In this document: positions 40,243 to 56,196 of the stretch, piece after piece | Layout: every line of letters starts with the position of its first letter | Numbering within the stretch: the first letter of the stretch is position 1 | Origin: Eledone cirrhosa | Taxonomy: Eukaryota | Assembly (NCBI GenBank): GCA_964016885.1 | Contig: OZ024766.1 | Span: 12,896,001-12,960,000, forward strand | DNA length: 64,000 bases | Direction of reading: 5' to 3' | Made by a program: the position numbers and the translations under genes | The notes under the pieces: generated by a model | Database searches by the model: none | Told to the model about the DNA's origin: nothing | What the model saw: the letters and a program-made list of their open reading frames with translations, nothing else

Positions 40243-42537
40243 GTTAGTTATTTTCATATCTCAGCTTTTATCTCTCACCAGTCCAGGTACTTTATTTTAT
40301 CAACCCCAGTACGTTACTGGTACTTTACTTTATCAACCCCAGTACGTTACTGGTACTTTACTTTATCAACCCCCGTACATTACTGGTACTTTACTTTAAC
40401 AACCCCAGTACATTACTGGTACCTTACTTTATCAACCCAAGAACGTTACAGGTACTTTACTTCATCAACCCCAGTACGTTACTGGTACTTTACTTTATCA
40501 ACCCTGTTAGGATGAAAGCCAGAGCTATAACTTCAGTAGGATTTGAACCCAGTTACGGCCCTTTACGTTCTGAGTTCAAATCCCATCAAGGTAAGCTTTG
40601 CCTTTCATCCTTACTGGGTTGATAAAATAAAGTACCAGTAACACACTGGGGTCAATCAACACCCCTTCCCCAAATGTGTTGGCCTTGCATCTAAATCAGA
40701 AACCATTAAAATAATCTCTAAATTTCTAGTCAACAATCAATATTATTAGTTAGAAATATTAGTTAATAATTGTTTCTACGTTAGGCACAAGGCCAGCAAT
40801 TACCCCAGTGTATTACTGCTACTTTATTTTATCGACCCCGTAAGGATGAAAGGCAAAGTTAACCTCGGTGGGATTTGAACTCAGAATGGCAAGGGCCGTA
40901 ACTCTATGCATCAAAGCATGGCGTCCGACCCTCCACTGATACTGCCAATCCACTGCCATTAATATTATTATTGACTAATAATATTAACTAATAATATTAA
41001 CTAATTATATTAACTAATAATATTAACTAATTATATTGACTAATAATATTAACTAATAATATTAACTAAATAATATTAACTAAATAATATTAACTAATAA
41101 TATTAACTAATAATATTAACTAATTATATTAACTAATAATATTAACTAATTATATTAACTAATAATATTAACTAATAATATTTACTAATTATATAACTCT
41201 ATGCATCAAAGCATGGCGTCCGACGCTCCACCGATACTGACAATCCACCGAATAATATTAACTAATTCAAATCCCGCCGAGGTTAACTTTGCCTTTCATC
41301 CTTACGGGGTTGATAAAATAAAGTACCAGTAATACACTGGGGTAATTGCTGGCCTTGTGCCTAATGTAAAAATTATTTAAATTATTAGTGAATATTATTA
41401 GTTGATAATATTAGTTAATATTATTAGTTAATATAATTAGTGAATGTTATTAGTTAATATTATTAGGTGATAATATTAGTTAATATTATTAGTTAATATA
41501 ATTAGTCAATATAATTAGTTAATGAGGTTAACTTTGCCTTTCATCCTTACGGGGTCGATAAAATAAAGTACCAGTAATGTACTGGGTAATTGCTGGCCTT
41601 GTGCCTAACGTAGAAACAATTATTAGTTCATATAATTAGTTACTATTATTAGTAAATATAATTAGTCAATATAATTAGTCAATATAATTAGTCAATATAA
41701 TTAGTCAATATAATTAGTCAATATAATTAGTCAATATAATTAGTCAATATTATTAGTCAATACTATTAGTAAATATAATTAGTCAATATAATAAGTCAAT
41801 ATAATTAGTCAATATAATTAGTCAATATAATTAGTCAATATAATTAGTCAATATTATTACTCAATATAATTAGTCAATATAATTACTCAATATAATTAGT
41901 CAATATTATTACTCAATATTATTAGTAAATATAATTAGTCAATATAATTAGAAACAATTATATTTTATCAACCCCAGAATGTTGGTTGTGTGGGTTTTTT
42001 ATTTCTGTATGAAGTTCAGACAGTCAGCCATACAGACACATGATATGAGTGTGCAACATCGTAGCTATGTTTCTGTCAGTTGAAAGCAAGTCTTTGTATT
42101 AACTTTTAGAGAAAGTCACACCCAGTTAAATTACATGACCTTAGGTAAGTGTATGGGAGAGACAGGAGGAGAGATAGAGAGAGAGGGGGCGATAGAGACA
42201 GAGAGAGAGAGAAAGAGAGGGATATCGAGAGAGGGAGATAGAGGGAGAGAAAGAGATGTGAGAGAGACAGAGAGAGAGGGAGAGAGAGAAAGTGGGAAGA
42301 ATGGAGACTAAAAGTGGAAGAGGCAGAGAGATAGAAAGTAAAATGTAGTAGTAATTCTAATGTTGTATTATATATATATATATGCAGAGGTTATATTTAA
42401 TTTGTTGGGATTCAATAAGCTTAAAAATGTTTATAACTGATATAAAGCACTCAACAGCTTGCCTTGTTTGCCTTGAAATATGTATAATAAAAAAAATATG
42501 GTTTTATAAATATAGTTTCCATTTATTAATATATATA

Positions 42538-42978
42538 TCATCATCATCATCATCATCAACGTTTAACGTCCGTGTTCCACGCTTGCATGGGTTTGGACGG
42601 GGGTAGTCCCACTTGAGGCAAGAGTGATTGTCTTGCTCGCATAGGACTGTCTGGCAGGTTTTCTACAGTTGGATGCCCTTCCTAACACCAACCACATTTA
42701 CAGTGTGGGTCTGGGAGGTTTTTACCGTGTTGCCTACACGGCCACATTACAGCGTGGACTGTGTGTTTTTTTGTCGTGACACCTACACGATCTCATTTGT
42801 TTCCGCCTGGATGGCGCGGCACCAACATAACTTTACATAGAACGGGGTGGTGTGGATGGGGTGGGGGTGGCGGCGGGAGGGGTGTATTTTGTTAGAGATG
42901 CCTACTGGCAAGGCGGGTCTTCTCTGTTACTGAGTACCGCCAAAGGTCACGGTCCAGTGACATTGTCTTGGAGAGGTG

Positions 42979-42980
<2 letters not shown>
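42538..42980 (-). mobile_element. RTE 3'UTR insertion private to one array unit
   Basis: (CAT)n tail, TTTAACGTCCG...CCACGCTTGCATGGGT, GGATGCCCTTCCTAAC; lies in a (TA)n tract that lacks it in other units. Confidence 0.8.
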
Positions 42981-43021
<41 letters not shown>

Positions 43022-43148
43022 ATGTATAGGAAAAGAGTCAGGACCCCAACTGCTGATCTCTGGCCAGAGCTCAGCTGTTGGGTTCCTGGCTCTTTTCCTA
43101 TTACCCACTCTTCTACCCTAAGTATTGAGTACTCTGGGATATATATAT

Positions 43149-43196
<48 letters not shown>

Positions 43197-43752
43197 CCCA
43201 AATTAAAATTAAGGGTTGTCATGTCTGAGAGACATGCACCATGCGTAGAATAAGCTGAAAGATTAGATCCGAGCATTACATATCAACTAGAAATAGATTG
43301 ACATATATATATATATATATAATAAATACATGAAACAATCACAGGGAATAATTTGTAAAGAATGTAGGCACACATAGCTAGGTAGGTAACTAATTAAAGC
43401 TTGACTAGAACTTCAAATATAGATACCTTTTAAAATGATTAATCTCCTTTGTATATATTTCTTTAAGTAAGAAATATATTTCACCTATTAATCCGTAAAT
43501 CACAGCAGTTAAATTCTTGGATGTTCACCAAATGAGAAGAAAAATAACCATCTGCGTTTACACAGCAAATGCAAATCTGCGAATGATTTGAACCACGTGT
43601 TGCATTTTTTTAAAAATACACTCGTTGAACAACGTCATCCCAGTGGCCTGAATAGGACCATCGACAGCCAGAAATAGCCAGAAATATAAATATAAATATA
43701 TATATATGTATATATAATATAAGATCAAAAGATGGTTAAAGGAGTTCCATGT

Positions 43753-43821
43753 ATTTTATTATGCGCATTTCAAAAACAAACATCATCATGCAATAATATT
43801 TGTGTTTTCATCAGATAAAAC
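43753..43821 (-). ncRNA. Type I hammerhead ribozyme motif
   Basis: Same as 38315-38383. Confidence 0.8.
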
Positions 43822-45535
43822 AGGAGAACATGATATGAAGGCTAAAAAAACACTTGTGGATAGTGCAGTTTTAAATGCGCATAATAAAATACATGGAACT
43901 CCTTTAACCATCTTTTGATCTTATATTATGTATACTCCAGTCCTACAAACTGTAGAGTGCTTCTTATCCGATATCTGCATTGCTTTATTGTACTACAATA
44001 AAACTCACCTCCTACATTATATGTATATATATATATATATTCTCTTTTACTCTTTTAACGTGTTCCAGCGATCCAGTTGAGGCCATGCTGGGGCATGCCC
44101 TTGTTACACATTCTTTCTCCAACCTGTGTTGGTTGGCCATTTGGCAAAGAGGGGGTTCGTTGTTGCTGCCCTTAGGTTACCTTCGAACCATGCTGTGGGC
44201 TCATCCAGGATCCTGGTAACAGGGTGTCGAGATGTTCCTTGAAAACATCCACGTCCACACCATGCAGATCTCTCAAATTCCTTGGCAGCTTGTTGAAGAG
44301 GTGAGGGCCCTTGAACCCCAGGTTATTGTAATACCTGCTCCTTATTCTGTATATATTTATAAGTATATATCTATATATGTGTGTGTGTGTGTGGTAGGAA
44401 GTATGGTAAGGAACGAGGTGGACCATAACGCACCAGATCACGCGATACTTTGGTTAGTAGATATATATATATATGTGAGTGTGTGTTAAGCTATTCTATT
44501 AAATCTACTCCAGGATATCACTGGTACTATATTTTATCAACCCCTGAATTATGAAATCATTTCATTTTACGTCACCTTTTCCCTGCTTGCAAGAGTGGGA
44601 CAGGAACTGATTCTGGCTTGATTTCTACAGCTTGATGCCCTTCCTAAAACCAACCTCATTTACAGTGAGTGCTGGGTGATTTTTTGCCGTGGCACCTCTA
44701 CGACCACTTTACAGTGGAATGATAGGGACTCCAGTCCCTATCATCTCATTTCTACAGCTGAGTAAACTGGAGCAATTTGAAATAAAGTGTCTTGCTCAAG
44801 GAAACAACACATTAACCGGTCGGAGAATTGAACTCACAACCTTTCGATAAAGAATAATACAATTATAGAGATTATAAAAGATTATAAAAGAATAATACGT
44901 ATTATTCCTTTCGAATACAATAAAAGGCCTGCTGTTACAACTTTGGTATTTATTGAGGATATTGTGACTCGTTTAACCCTTTAGCATTTAAACCGGCCAT
45001 ATCCGGCCAGAAATCTCTCACTTTTTTCTGTTCAAACCGGCTGTAACTAGCCACTCATACTGACGTTAAGGTATTCTTCTCAAAATAAATAATATCAAAA
45101 TCTCATAGATTCAATATTATGTGAGATAACGATATAAGATAAAGTGTTTACTGTGAAACTACAATAGTAAATATAGAATAATGTAAGTGCTAAAGGGTTA
45201 AATAACTTAAATTTACAACTTCAAGGTAAAACACAGCTCGTAAATGAAATGTATAACCATATTGTTGTCTTTGAAAAAAAGCTACAGTTGTGGGAACATC
45301 AACTTTGAAATAAAAATTATGTGCATTTTCCATCATTTCAAGGAGGGAAATCACAGGATTCAGAGGTATTTGTGAATATAATTCAAGATTTGAGAAATGA
45401 ATAGTATAGTCAACACTCGAGATTAAATTTTAGCTTGTGTAATTTTCCATAATTATTCTTTTATGGCGTTCGTCCGGCCCATGGAGGCAAAGAAGTTGCC
45501 AATCCCTGATCTACACCAATGTTTTCCTGTTACAG

Positions 45536-45673
45536 TGTGCAGTAGTGGAAGACTTGGTGCCAACTGTGATCAGGTGTGTCATTGTGAAGATAACAACAGG
45601 TGTAATGTGGAATTAGGGATCTGTTCAAGGGGTAGATGTGCTCCAGGTTATGAAAGAAACAGTTGTCAGAAAG
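45536..45673 (+). CDS. EGF-like exon copy 4 (GGA>AGA, Gly>Arg at 45655)
   Basis: Splice sites intact; reads PGYERNSCQK. Confidence 0.85.
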
Positions 45674-48600
45674 GTTAGTTATTTTCATATCTCAGCTTTT
45701 ATCTCTCACCAGTCCAGGTACTTTATTTTATCAACCCCAGTACATTACTGGTACTTTATTTTATTAACCCCAGTACATTACTGGTAGTTTACTTTATCAA
45801 CTCCAGTTCGTTACTGGTACTTTACTTTATCAACCCCAGTACGTTACTGGTACTTTACTTTATCAACCCCAGTACGTTACTGGTACTTTACTTTATCAAC
45901 CCCAGTACGTTACTGGTACTTTACTTTATCAACCCCAGTACATTACTGGTACTTTACTTTATCAACCCCAGTACATTACAGGTACTTTACTTTATCAACC
46001 ACAGTACATTACTGGTACTTTATTTTATCAATCCCAGTACATTACTGGTACTTTATTTTATCAACCCCAGTACGTTACTGGTACTTTACTTTATCAACCC
46101 CAGTACATTACTGGTACTTTACTTTATCAACCCCAGTACATTACTGGTACTTTACTTTATCAACGCCAGTACATTACAGGTACTTTACTTTATCAACCAC
46201 AGTACATTACTGGTACTTTATTTTATCAACCCCAGTACATTACTGGTACTTTACTTTATCAACGCCAGTACATTACTGATACTTTACTTTATCAACCCCA
46301 GTACATTACTGGTACTTTACTTTATCAACCCCAGTATGTTACTGGTACTTTACTTTATCAACCCCAGTACGTTACTGGTACTTTACTTTATCAACCCCAG
46401 TACGTTACTGGTACTTTACTTTATCAACCCTGTTAGGATGAAAGCCAGAGCTATAACTTCAGTAGGATTTGAACCCAGTTACGGCCCTTTACGTTCTGAG
46501 TTCAAATCCCATCAAGGTAAGCTTTGCCCTTCATCCTTACTGGGTTGATAAAATAAAGTACCAGTAACACACTGGGGTCAATCAACACCCCTTCCCCAAA
46601 TGTGTTGGCCTTGCATCTAAATCAGAAACCATTAAAATAATCTCTAAATTTCTAGTCAACAATCAATATTATTAGTTAGTAATATTAGTTAATAATTGTT
46701 TCTACGTTAGGCACAAGGCCAGCAATTACCCCAGTGAATTACTGCTACTTTATTTTATCGACCCCGTAAGGATGAAAGGCAAAGTTAACCTCGGTGGGAT
46801 TTGAACTCAGAATGGCAAGGGCCGTAACTCTATGCATCAAAGCATGGCGTCCCACCCTCCACTGATACTGCCAATCCACTGCCATTAATGTTATTATTGA
46901 CTAATAATATTAACTAATTATATTAATTAATAATATTAACTAATTATATTGACTAATAATATTAACTAATAATATTAACTAATAATATTAACTAATTATA
47001 TTAACTAATAATATTAACTAATTATATTAACTAATAATATTAACTAATTATATTAACTAATAATATTAACTAATAATATTAACTAATTATATTAACTAAT
47101 AATATTAACTAATAATATTAACTAATTATATTAACTAATAATATTAACTAATTATATTAACTAATAATATTAACTAATAATATTTACTAATTATATTGAC
47201 TAAGGGCCGTAACTCTATGCATCAAAGCATGGCGTCCGACGCTCCACCGATACTGCCAATCCACCGAATAATATTAACTAATTCAAATCCCGCCGAGGTT
47301 AACTTTGCCCTTCATCCTTACGGGGTTGATAAAATAAAGTACCAGTAATACACTGGGGTAATTGCTGGCCTTGTGCCTAATGTAAAAATTATTTAAATTA
47401 TTAGTGAATATTATTAGTTGATAATATTAGTTAATATTATTAGCTAATATAATTAGTGAATGTTATTAGTTAATATTATTAGGTGATAATATTAGTTAAT
47501 ATTATTAGTTAATATAATTAGTCAATATAATTAGTTAATATTATTAGTCAATATAATTAGTTAATGAGGTTAACTTTGCCTTTCATCCTTACGGGGTCGA
47601 TAAAATAAAGTACCAGTAATGTACTGGGTAATTGCTGGCCTTGTGGCTAATGTAGAAATAATTATTAGTTCATATAATTAGTTACTATTATTAGTAAATA
47701 TAATTAGTCAATATAATTAGTCAATATAATTAGTCAATATAATTAGTCAATATAATTAGTAAATATAATTAGTCAATATAATTAGTCAATATTATTAGTC
47801 AATATTATTAGTAAATATAATTAGTCAATATAATTAGTCAATATAATTAGTCAATATAATTAGTCAATATTATTAGTAAATATAATTAGTCAATATTATT
47901 AGTAAATATAATTAGTCAATATAATTAGTCAATATAATTAGTCAATATAATTAGTCAATATAATTAGTCAATATAATTAGTCAATATTATTAGTCAATAT
48001 TATTAGTAAATATAATTAGTCAATATTATTAGTAAATATAATTAGTCAATATAATTAGTCAATATAATTAGTCAATATAATTAGTCAATATAATAAGTCA
48101 ATATTATTAGTCAATATTATTAGTAAATATAATTAGTCAATATTATTAGTCAATATTATTAGTAAATATAATTAGTCAATATAATTAGTCAATATAATTA
48201 GTCAATATTATTAGTCAATATTATTAGTAAATATAATTAGTCAATATAATTAGTCAATATTATTAGTCAATATTATTCGTAAATATAATTAGTCAATATA
48301 ATTAGAAACAATTATATTTTATCAACCCCAGAATGTTGGTTGTGTGGGGTTTTTTATTTCTGTATGAAGTTCAGGCAGTCAGCCATACAGACACATGATA
48401 TGAGTGTGCAACATTGTAGCTATGTTTCTGTCAGTTGAAAGCAAGTCTTTGTATTAACTTTTGAGAAAGTCACACCCAGTTAAATTACATGACCTTAGGT
48501 AAGTGTATGGGAGAGACAGGAGGAGAGATAGAGAGAGATAGAGAGAGAGAGGGGGGTGAGAGAAAGAGAGGGATATCGAGAGAGGGAGATAGAGGGAGAG

Positions 48601-48967
48601 AAAGAGATGTGAGAGACAGAGATAGAAAGTAAAATGTAGTAGTAATTCTAATGTATTATATAAATTTATATATATATATATAAATATATATATATGCAGA
48701 GGTTATATTTAATTTGTTGGGATTCAATAAGCTTAAACATTTTTATAACTGATATAAAGCACTCAACAGTTTGCCTTGGTTGCCCTTGAAATATGTATAA
48801 TAAAATAAATATGGCTTTATAAATATAGATTCCATTTATTAATATATTATTTATATATATATATATATAAATATATAATAAGGTTCCTATTACCCACTCT
48901 ACTACCTCAAGTATTGAGTACTTTGGTGCGTTATGGTCCACCTGGTTCCTTACCACATTTCCTTCGT

Positions 48968-49038
<71 letters not shown>

Positions 49039-49394
49039 AGGAAAAGAGTCAGGACCCCAACTGCTGATCTCTGGCCGGAGCTCAGCCGTTGGGTTCCTGG
49101 CTCTTTAAGTAAGAAATATATTTCACCTATTAATCCGTAAATCACAGCAGTTAAATTCTTGGATGTTCACCAAATGAGAAGAAAAATAACCATCTGCGTT
49201 TACACAGCAAATGCAAATCTGCGAATGATTTGAACCACTTGTTGCATTTTTTTAAAAATACACTCGTTGAACAACGTCATCCCAGTGGCCTGAATAGGAC
49301 AATCGACAGCCAGAAATAGCCAGAAATATAAATATAAATATATATATATGTATATATAATATAAGATCAAAAGATGGTTAAAGGAGTTCCATGT

Positions 49395-49463
49395 ATTTTA
49401 TTATGCGCATTTCAAAAACAAACATCATCATGCAATAATATTTGTGTTTTCATCAGATAAAAC
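49395..49463 (-). ncRNA. Type I hammerhead ribozyme motif
   Basis: Same as 38315-38383. Confidence 0.8.
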
Positions 49464-51179
49464 AGGAGAACATGATATGAAGGCTAAAAAAACACTTGTG
49501 GATAGTGCAGTTTTAAATGCGCATAATAAAATACATGGAACTCCTTTAACCATCTTTTGATCTTATATTATGTATACTCCAGTCCTACAAACTGTAGAGT
49601 GCTTCTTATCCGATATCTGCATTGCTTTATTGTACTACAATAAAACTCACCTCCTACATTATATGTATATATATATATATATATATATTCTCTTTTACTC
49701 TTTTAACGTGTTCCAGCGATCCAGTTGAGGCCATGCTGGGGCATGCCCTTGTTACACATTCTTTCTCCAACCTGTGTTGGTTGGCCATTTGGCAAAGAGG
49801 GGGTTCGTTGTTGCTGCCCTTAGGTTACCTTCGAACCATGCTGTGGGCTCATCCAGGATCCTGGTAACAGGGTGTCGAGATGTTCCTTGAAAACATCCAC
49901 GTCCACACCATGCAGATCTCTCAAATTCCTTGGCAGCTTGTTGAAGAGGTGAGGGCCCTTGAACCCCAGGTTATTGTAATACCTGCTCCTTATTCTGTAT
50001 ATATTTATAAGTATATATCTATATATGTGTGTGTGTGGTAGGAAGTATGGTAAGGAACGAGGTGGACCATAACGCACCAGATCACGCGATACTTTGGTTA
50101 GTAGATATATATATATATGTGAGTGTGTGTTAAGCTATTCTATTAAATCTACTCCAGGATATCACTGGTACTATATTTTATCAACCCCTGAATTATGAAA
50201 TCATTTCATTTTACGTCCCCTTTTCCCTGCTTGCAAGAGTGGGACAGGAACTGATTCTGGCTTGATTTCTACAGCTTGATGCCCTTCCTAAAACCAACCT
50301 CATTTACAGTGAGTGCTGGGTGATTTTTTGCCGTGGCACCTCTACGACCACTTTACAGTGGAATGATAGGGACTCCAGTCCCTATCATCTCATTTCTACA
50401 GCTGAGTAAACTGGAGCAATTTGAAATAAAGTGTCTTGCTCAAGGAAACAACACATTAACCGGTCGGAGAATTGAACTCACAACCTTTCGATAAAGAATA
50501 ATACAATTATAGAGATTATAAAAGATTATAAAAGAATAATACGTATTATTCCTTTCGAATACAATAAAAGGCCTGCTGTTACAACTTTGGTATTTATTGA
50601 GGATATTGTGACTCGTTTAACCCTTTAGCATTTAAACCGGCCATATCCGGCCAGAAATCTCTCACTTTTTTCTGTTCAAACCGGCTGTAACTAGCCACTC
50701 ATACTGACGTTAAGGTATTCTTCTCAAAATAAATAATATCAAAATCTCATAGATTCAATATTATGTGAGATAACTATATAAGATAAAGTGTTTACTGTGA
50801 CATTACAATAGTAAATATAGAGTAATGTAAGTGCTAAAGGGTTAAATAACTTAAATTTACAACTTCAAGGTAAAACACAGCTCGTAAATGAAATGTATAA
50901 CCATATTGTTGTCTTTGAAAAAAAGCTACAGTTGTGGGAACATCAACTTTGAAATAAAAATTATGTGCATTTTCCATCATTTCAAGGAGGGAAATCACAG
51001 GATTCAGAGGTATTTGTGAATATAATTCAAGATTTGAGAAATGAATAGTATAGTCAACACTCGAGATTAAATTTTAGCTTGTGTAATTTTCCATAATTAT
51101 TCTTTTATGGCGTTCGTCCGGCCCATGGAGGCAAAGAAGTTGCCAATCCCTGATCTACACCAATGTTTTCCTGTTACAG

Positions 51180-51317
51180 TGTGCAGTAGTGGAAGACTTG
51201 GTGCCAACTGTGATCAGGTGTGTCATTGTGAAGATAACAACAGGTGTAATGTGGAATTAGGGATCTGTTCAAGGGGTAGATGTGCTCCAGGTTATGAAGG
51301 AAACAGTTGTCAGAAAG
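51180..51317 (+). CDS. EGF-like exon copy 5
   Basis: Same sequence and splice sites as copy 1. Confidence 0.85.
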
Positions 51318-54165
51318 GTTAGTTATTTTCATATCTCAGCTTTTATCTCTCACCAGTCCAGGTACTTTATTTTATCAACCCCAGTACATTACTGGTACTT
51401 TATTTTATTAACCCCAGTACATTACTGGTAGTTTACTTTATCAACCCCAGTTCGTTACTGGTACTTTACTTTATCAACCCCAGTACGTTACTGGTACTTT
51501 ACTTTATCAACCCCAGTACGTTACTGGTACTTTACTTTATCAACCCCAGTACGTTACTGGTACTTTACTTCATCAACCCCAGTACGTTACTGGTACTTTA
51601 CTTTATCAACCCTGTTAGGATGAAAGCCAGAGCTATAACTTCAGTAGGATTTGAACCCAGTTACGGCCCTTTACGTTCTGAGTTCAAATCCCATCAAGGT
51701 AAGCTTTGCCCTTCATCCTTACTGGGTTGATAAAATAAAGTACCAGTAACACACTGGGGTCAATCAACACCCCTTCCCCAAATGTGTTGGCCTTGCATCT
51801 AAATCAGAAACCATTAAAATAATCTCTAAATTTCTAGTCAACAATCAATATTATTAGTTAGTAATATTAGTTAATAATTGTTTCTACGTTAGGCACAAGG
51901 CCAGCAATTACCCCAGTGTATTACTGCTACTTTATTTTATCGACCCCGTAAGGATGAAAGGCAAAGTTAACCTCGGTGGGATTTGAACTCAGAATGGCAA
52001 GGGCCGTAACTCTATGCATCAAAGCATGGCGTCCCACCCTCCACTGATACTGCCAATCCACTGCCATTAATGTTATTATTGACTAATAATATTAACTAAT
52101 TATATTAATTAATAATATTAACTAATTATATTGACTAATAATATTAACTAATAATATTAACTAATAATATTAACTAATTATATTAACTAATAATATTAAC
52201 TAATAATATTAACTAATTATATTAACTAATAATATTAACTAATTATATTAACTAATAATATTAACTAATAATATTAACTAATTATATTAACTAATAATAT
52301 TAACTAATAATATTAACTAATTATATTAACTAATAATATTAACTAATTATATTAACTAATAATATTAACTAATAATATTTACTAATTATATTGACTAAGG
52401 GCCGTAACTCTATGTATCAAAGCATGGCGTCCGACGCTCCACCGATACTGCCAATCCACCGAATAATATTAACTAATTCAAATCCCGCCGAGGTTAACTT
52501 TGCCCTTCATCCTTACGGGGTTGATAAAATAAAGTACCAGTAATACACTGGGGTAATTGCTGGCCTTGTGCCTAATGTAAAAATTATTTAAATTATTAAT
52601 GAATATTATTAGTTGATAATATTAGTTAATATTATTAGTTAATATAATTAGTGAATGTTATTAGTTAATATTATTAGGTGATAATATTAGTTAATATTAT
52701 TAGTTAATATAATTAGTCAATATAATTACTTAATATTATTAGTCAATATAATTAGTTAATGAGGTTAACTTTGCCTTTCGTCCTTACGGGGTCGATAAAA
52801 TAAAGTACCAGTAATGTACTGGGTAATTGCTGGCCTTGTGGCTAATGTAGAAATAATTATTAGTTCATATAATTAGTTACTATTATTAGTAAATATAATT
52901 AGTCAATATAATTAGTCAATATAATTAGTCAATATAATTAGTCAATATAATTAGTCAATATAATTAGTAAATATAATTAGTCAATATAATTAGTCAATAT
53001 TATTAGTCAATATTATTAGTAAATATAATTAGTCAATATAATTAGTCAATATAATTAGTCAATATAATTAGTCAATATTATTAGTAAATATAATTAGTCA
53101 ATATTATTAGTAAATATAATTAGTCAATATAATTAGTCAATATAATTAGTCAATATAATTAGTCAATATAATTAGTCAATATTATTAGTCAATATTATTA
53201 GTAAATATAATTAGTCAATATTATTAGTAAATATAATTAGTCAATATAATTAGTCAATATAATTAGTCAATATAATTAGTCAATATAATAAGTCAATATT
53301 ATTAGTCAATATTATTAGTAAATATAATTAGTCAATATTATTAGTCAATATTATTAGTAAATATAATTAGTCAATATAATTAGTCAATATAATTAGTCAA
53401 TATTATTAGTCAATATTATTAGTAAATATAATTAGTCAATATAATTAGTCAATATTATTAGTCAATATTATTCGTAAATATAATTAGTCAATATAATTAG
53501 AAACAATTATATTTTATCAACCCCAGAATGTTGGTTGTGTGGGGTTTTTTATTTCTGTATGAAGTTCAGGCAGTCAGCCATACAGACACATGATATGAGT
53601 GTGCAACATTGTAGCTATGTTTCTGTCAGTTGAAAGCAAGTCTTTGTATTAACTTTTGAGAAAGTCACACCCAGTTAAATTACATGACCTTAGGTAAGTG
53701 TATGGGAGAGACAGGAGGAGAGATAGAGAGAGATAGAGAGAGAGAGGGGGGTGAGAGAAAGAGAGGGATATCGAGAGAGGGAGATAGAGGGAGAGAAAGA
53801 GATGTGAGAGACAGAGATAGAAAGTAAAATGTAGTAGTAATTCTAATGTTGTATTATATAAATTTATATATATATATATAAATATATATATATGCAGAGG
53901 TTATATTTAATTTGTTGGGATTCAATAAGCTTAAACATTTTTATAACTGATATAAAGCACTCAACAGTTTGCCTTGGTTGCCCTTGAAATATGTATAATA
54001 AAATAAATATGGTTTTATAAATATAGTTTCCATTTATTAATATATTATTTATATATATATATATATAAATATATAATAAGGTTCCTATTACCCACTCTAC
54101 CACCTCAAGTATTGAGTACTTTGGTGCGTTATGGTCCACCTGGTTCCTTACCACATTTCCTTCGT

Positions 54166-54230
<65 letters not shown>

Positions 54231-54529
54231 AGGAAAAGAGTCAGGACCCCAACTGCTGATCTCTGGCCGGAGCTCAGCCGTTGGGTTCCTGGCTCTTTAA
54301 GTAAGAAATATATTTCACCTATTAATCCGTAAATCACAGCAGTTAAATTCTTGGATGTTCACCAAATGAGAAGAAAAATAACCATCTGCGTTTACACAGC
54401 AAATGCAAATCTGCGAATGATTTGAACCACTTGTTGCATTTTTTTAAAAATACACTCGTTGAACAACGTCATCCCAGTGGCCTGAATAGGACCATCGACA
54501 GCCAGAAATAGCCAGAAATATAAATATAA

Positions 54530-54560
<31 letters not shown>

Positions 54561-56058
54561 CTCTTTTACTCTTTTAACGTGTTCCAGCGATCCAGTTGAG
54601 GCCATGCTGGGGCATGCCCTTGTTACACATTCTTTCTCCAACCTGTGTTGGTTGGCCATTCGGCAAAGAGGGGGTTCGTTGTTGCTGCCCTTAGGTTACC
54701 TTCGAACCATGCTGTGGGCTCATCCAGGATCCTGGTAACAGGGTGTCGAGATGTTCCTTGAAAACATCCACGTCCACACCATGCAGATCTCTCAAATTCC
54801 TTGGCAGCTTGTTGAAGAGGTGAGGGCCCTTGAACCCCAGGTTATTGTAATACCTGCTCCTTATTCTGTATATATTTATAAGTATATATCTATATATGTG
54901 TGTGTGTGTGTGTGTGGTAGGAAGTATGGTAAGGAACGAGGTGGACCATAACGCACCAGATCACGCGATACTTTGGTTAGTAGATATATATATATATGTG
55001 AGTGTGTGTTAAGCTATTCTATTAAATCTACTCCAGGATATCACTGGTACTATATTTTATCAACCCCTGAATTATGAAATCATTTCATTTTACGTCCCCT
55101 TTTCCTTGCTTGCAAGAGTGGGACAGGAACTGATTCTGGCTTGATTTCTACAGCTTGATGCCCTTCCTAAAACCAACCTCATTTACAGTGAGTGCTGGGT
55201 GATTTTTTGCCGTGGCACCTCTACGACCACTTTACAGTGGAATGATAGGGACCCCAGTCCCTATCATCTCATTTTTACAGCTGAGTAAACTGGAGCAATT
55301 TGAAATAAAGTGTCTTGCTCAAGGAAACAACACATTACCCGGTCTGAGAATTGAACTCACAACCTTTCGATAAAGAATAATACAATTATAGAGATTATAA
55401 AAGATTATAAAAGAATAATACGTATTATTCCTTTCGAATACAATAAAAGGCCTGCTGTTACAACTTTGGTATTTATTGAGGATATTGTGACTCGTTTAAC
55501 CCTTTAGCATTTAAACCGGCCATATCCGGCCAGAAATCTCTCACTTTTTTCTGTTCAAACCGGCTGTAACTAGCCACTCATACTGACGTTAAGGTATTCT
55601 TCTCAAAATAAATAATATCAAAATCTCATAGATTCAATATTATGTGAGATAACTATATAAGATAAAGTGTTTACTGTGACATTAAAATAGTAAATATAGA
55701 GTAATGTAAGTGCTAAAGGGTTAAATAACTTAAATTTACAACTTCAAGGTAAAACTCAGCTCGTAAATGAAATGTATAACCATATTGTTGCCTTTGAAAA
55801 AAAGCTACAGTTGTGGGAACATCAACTTTGAAATAAAAATTATGTGCATTTTCCATCATTTCAAGGAGGGAAATCACAGGATTCAGAGGTATTTGTGAAT
55901 ATAATTCAAGATTTGAGAAATGAATAGTATAGTCAACACTCGAGATTAAATTTTAGCTTGTGTAATTTTCCATAATTATTCTTTTATGGCGTTCGTCCGG
56001 CCCGTGGAGGCAAAGAAGTTGGCAATCCCTGATCTACACCAATGTTTTCCTGTTACAG

Positions 56059-56196
56059 TGTGCAGTAGTGGAAGACTTGGTGCCAACTGTGATCAGGTGT
56101 GTCATTGTGAAGATAACAACAGGTGTAATGTGGAATTAGGGATCTGTTCAAGGGGTAGATGTGCTCCAGGTTATGAAGGAAACAGTTGTCAGAAAG
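56059..56196 (+). CDS. EGF-like exon copy 6
   Basis: Same sequence and splice sites as copy 1. Confidence 0.85.
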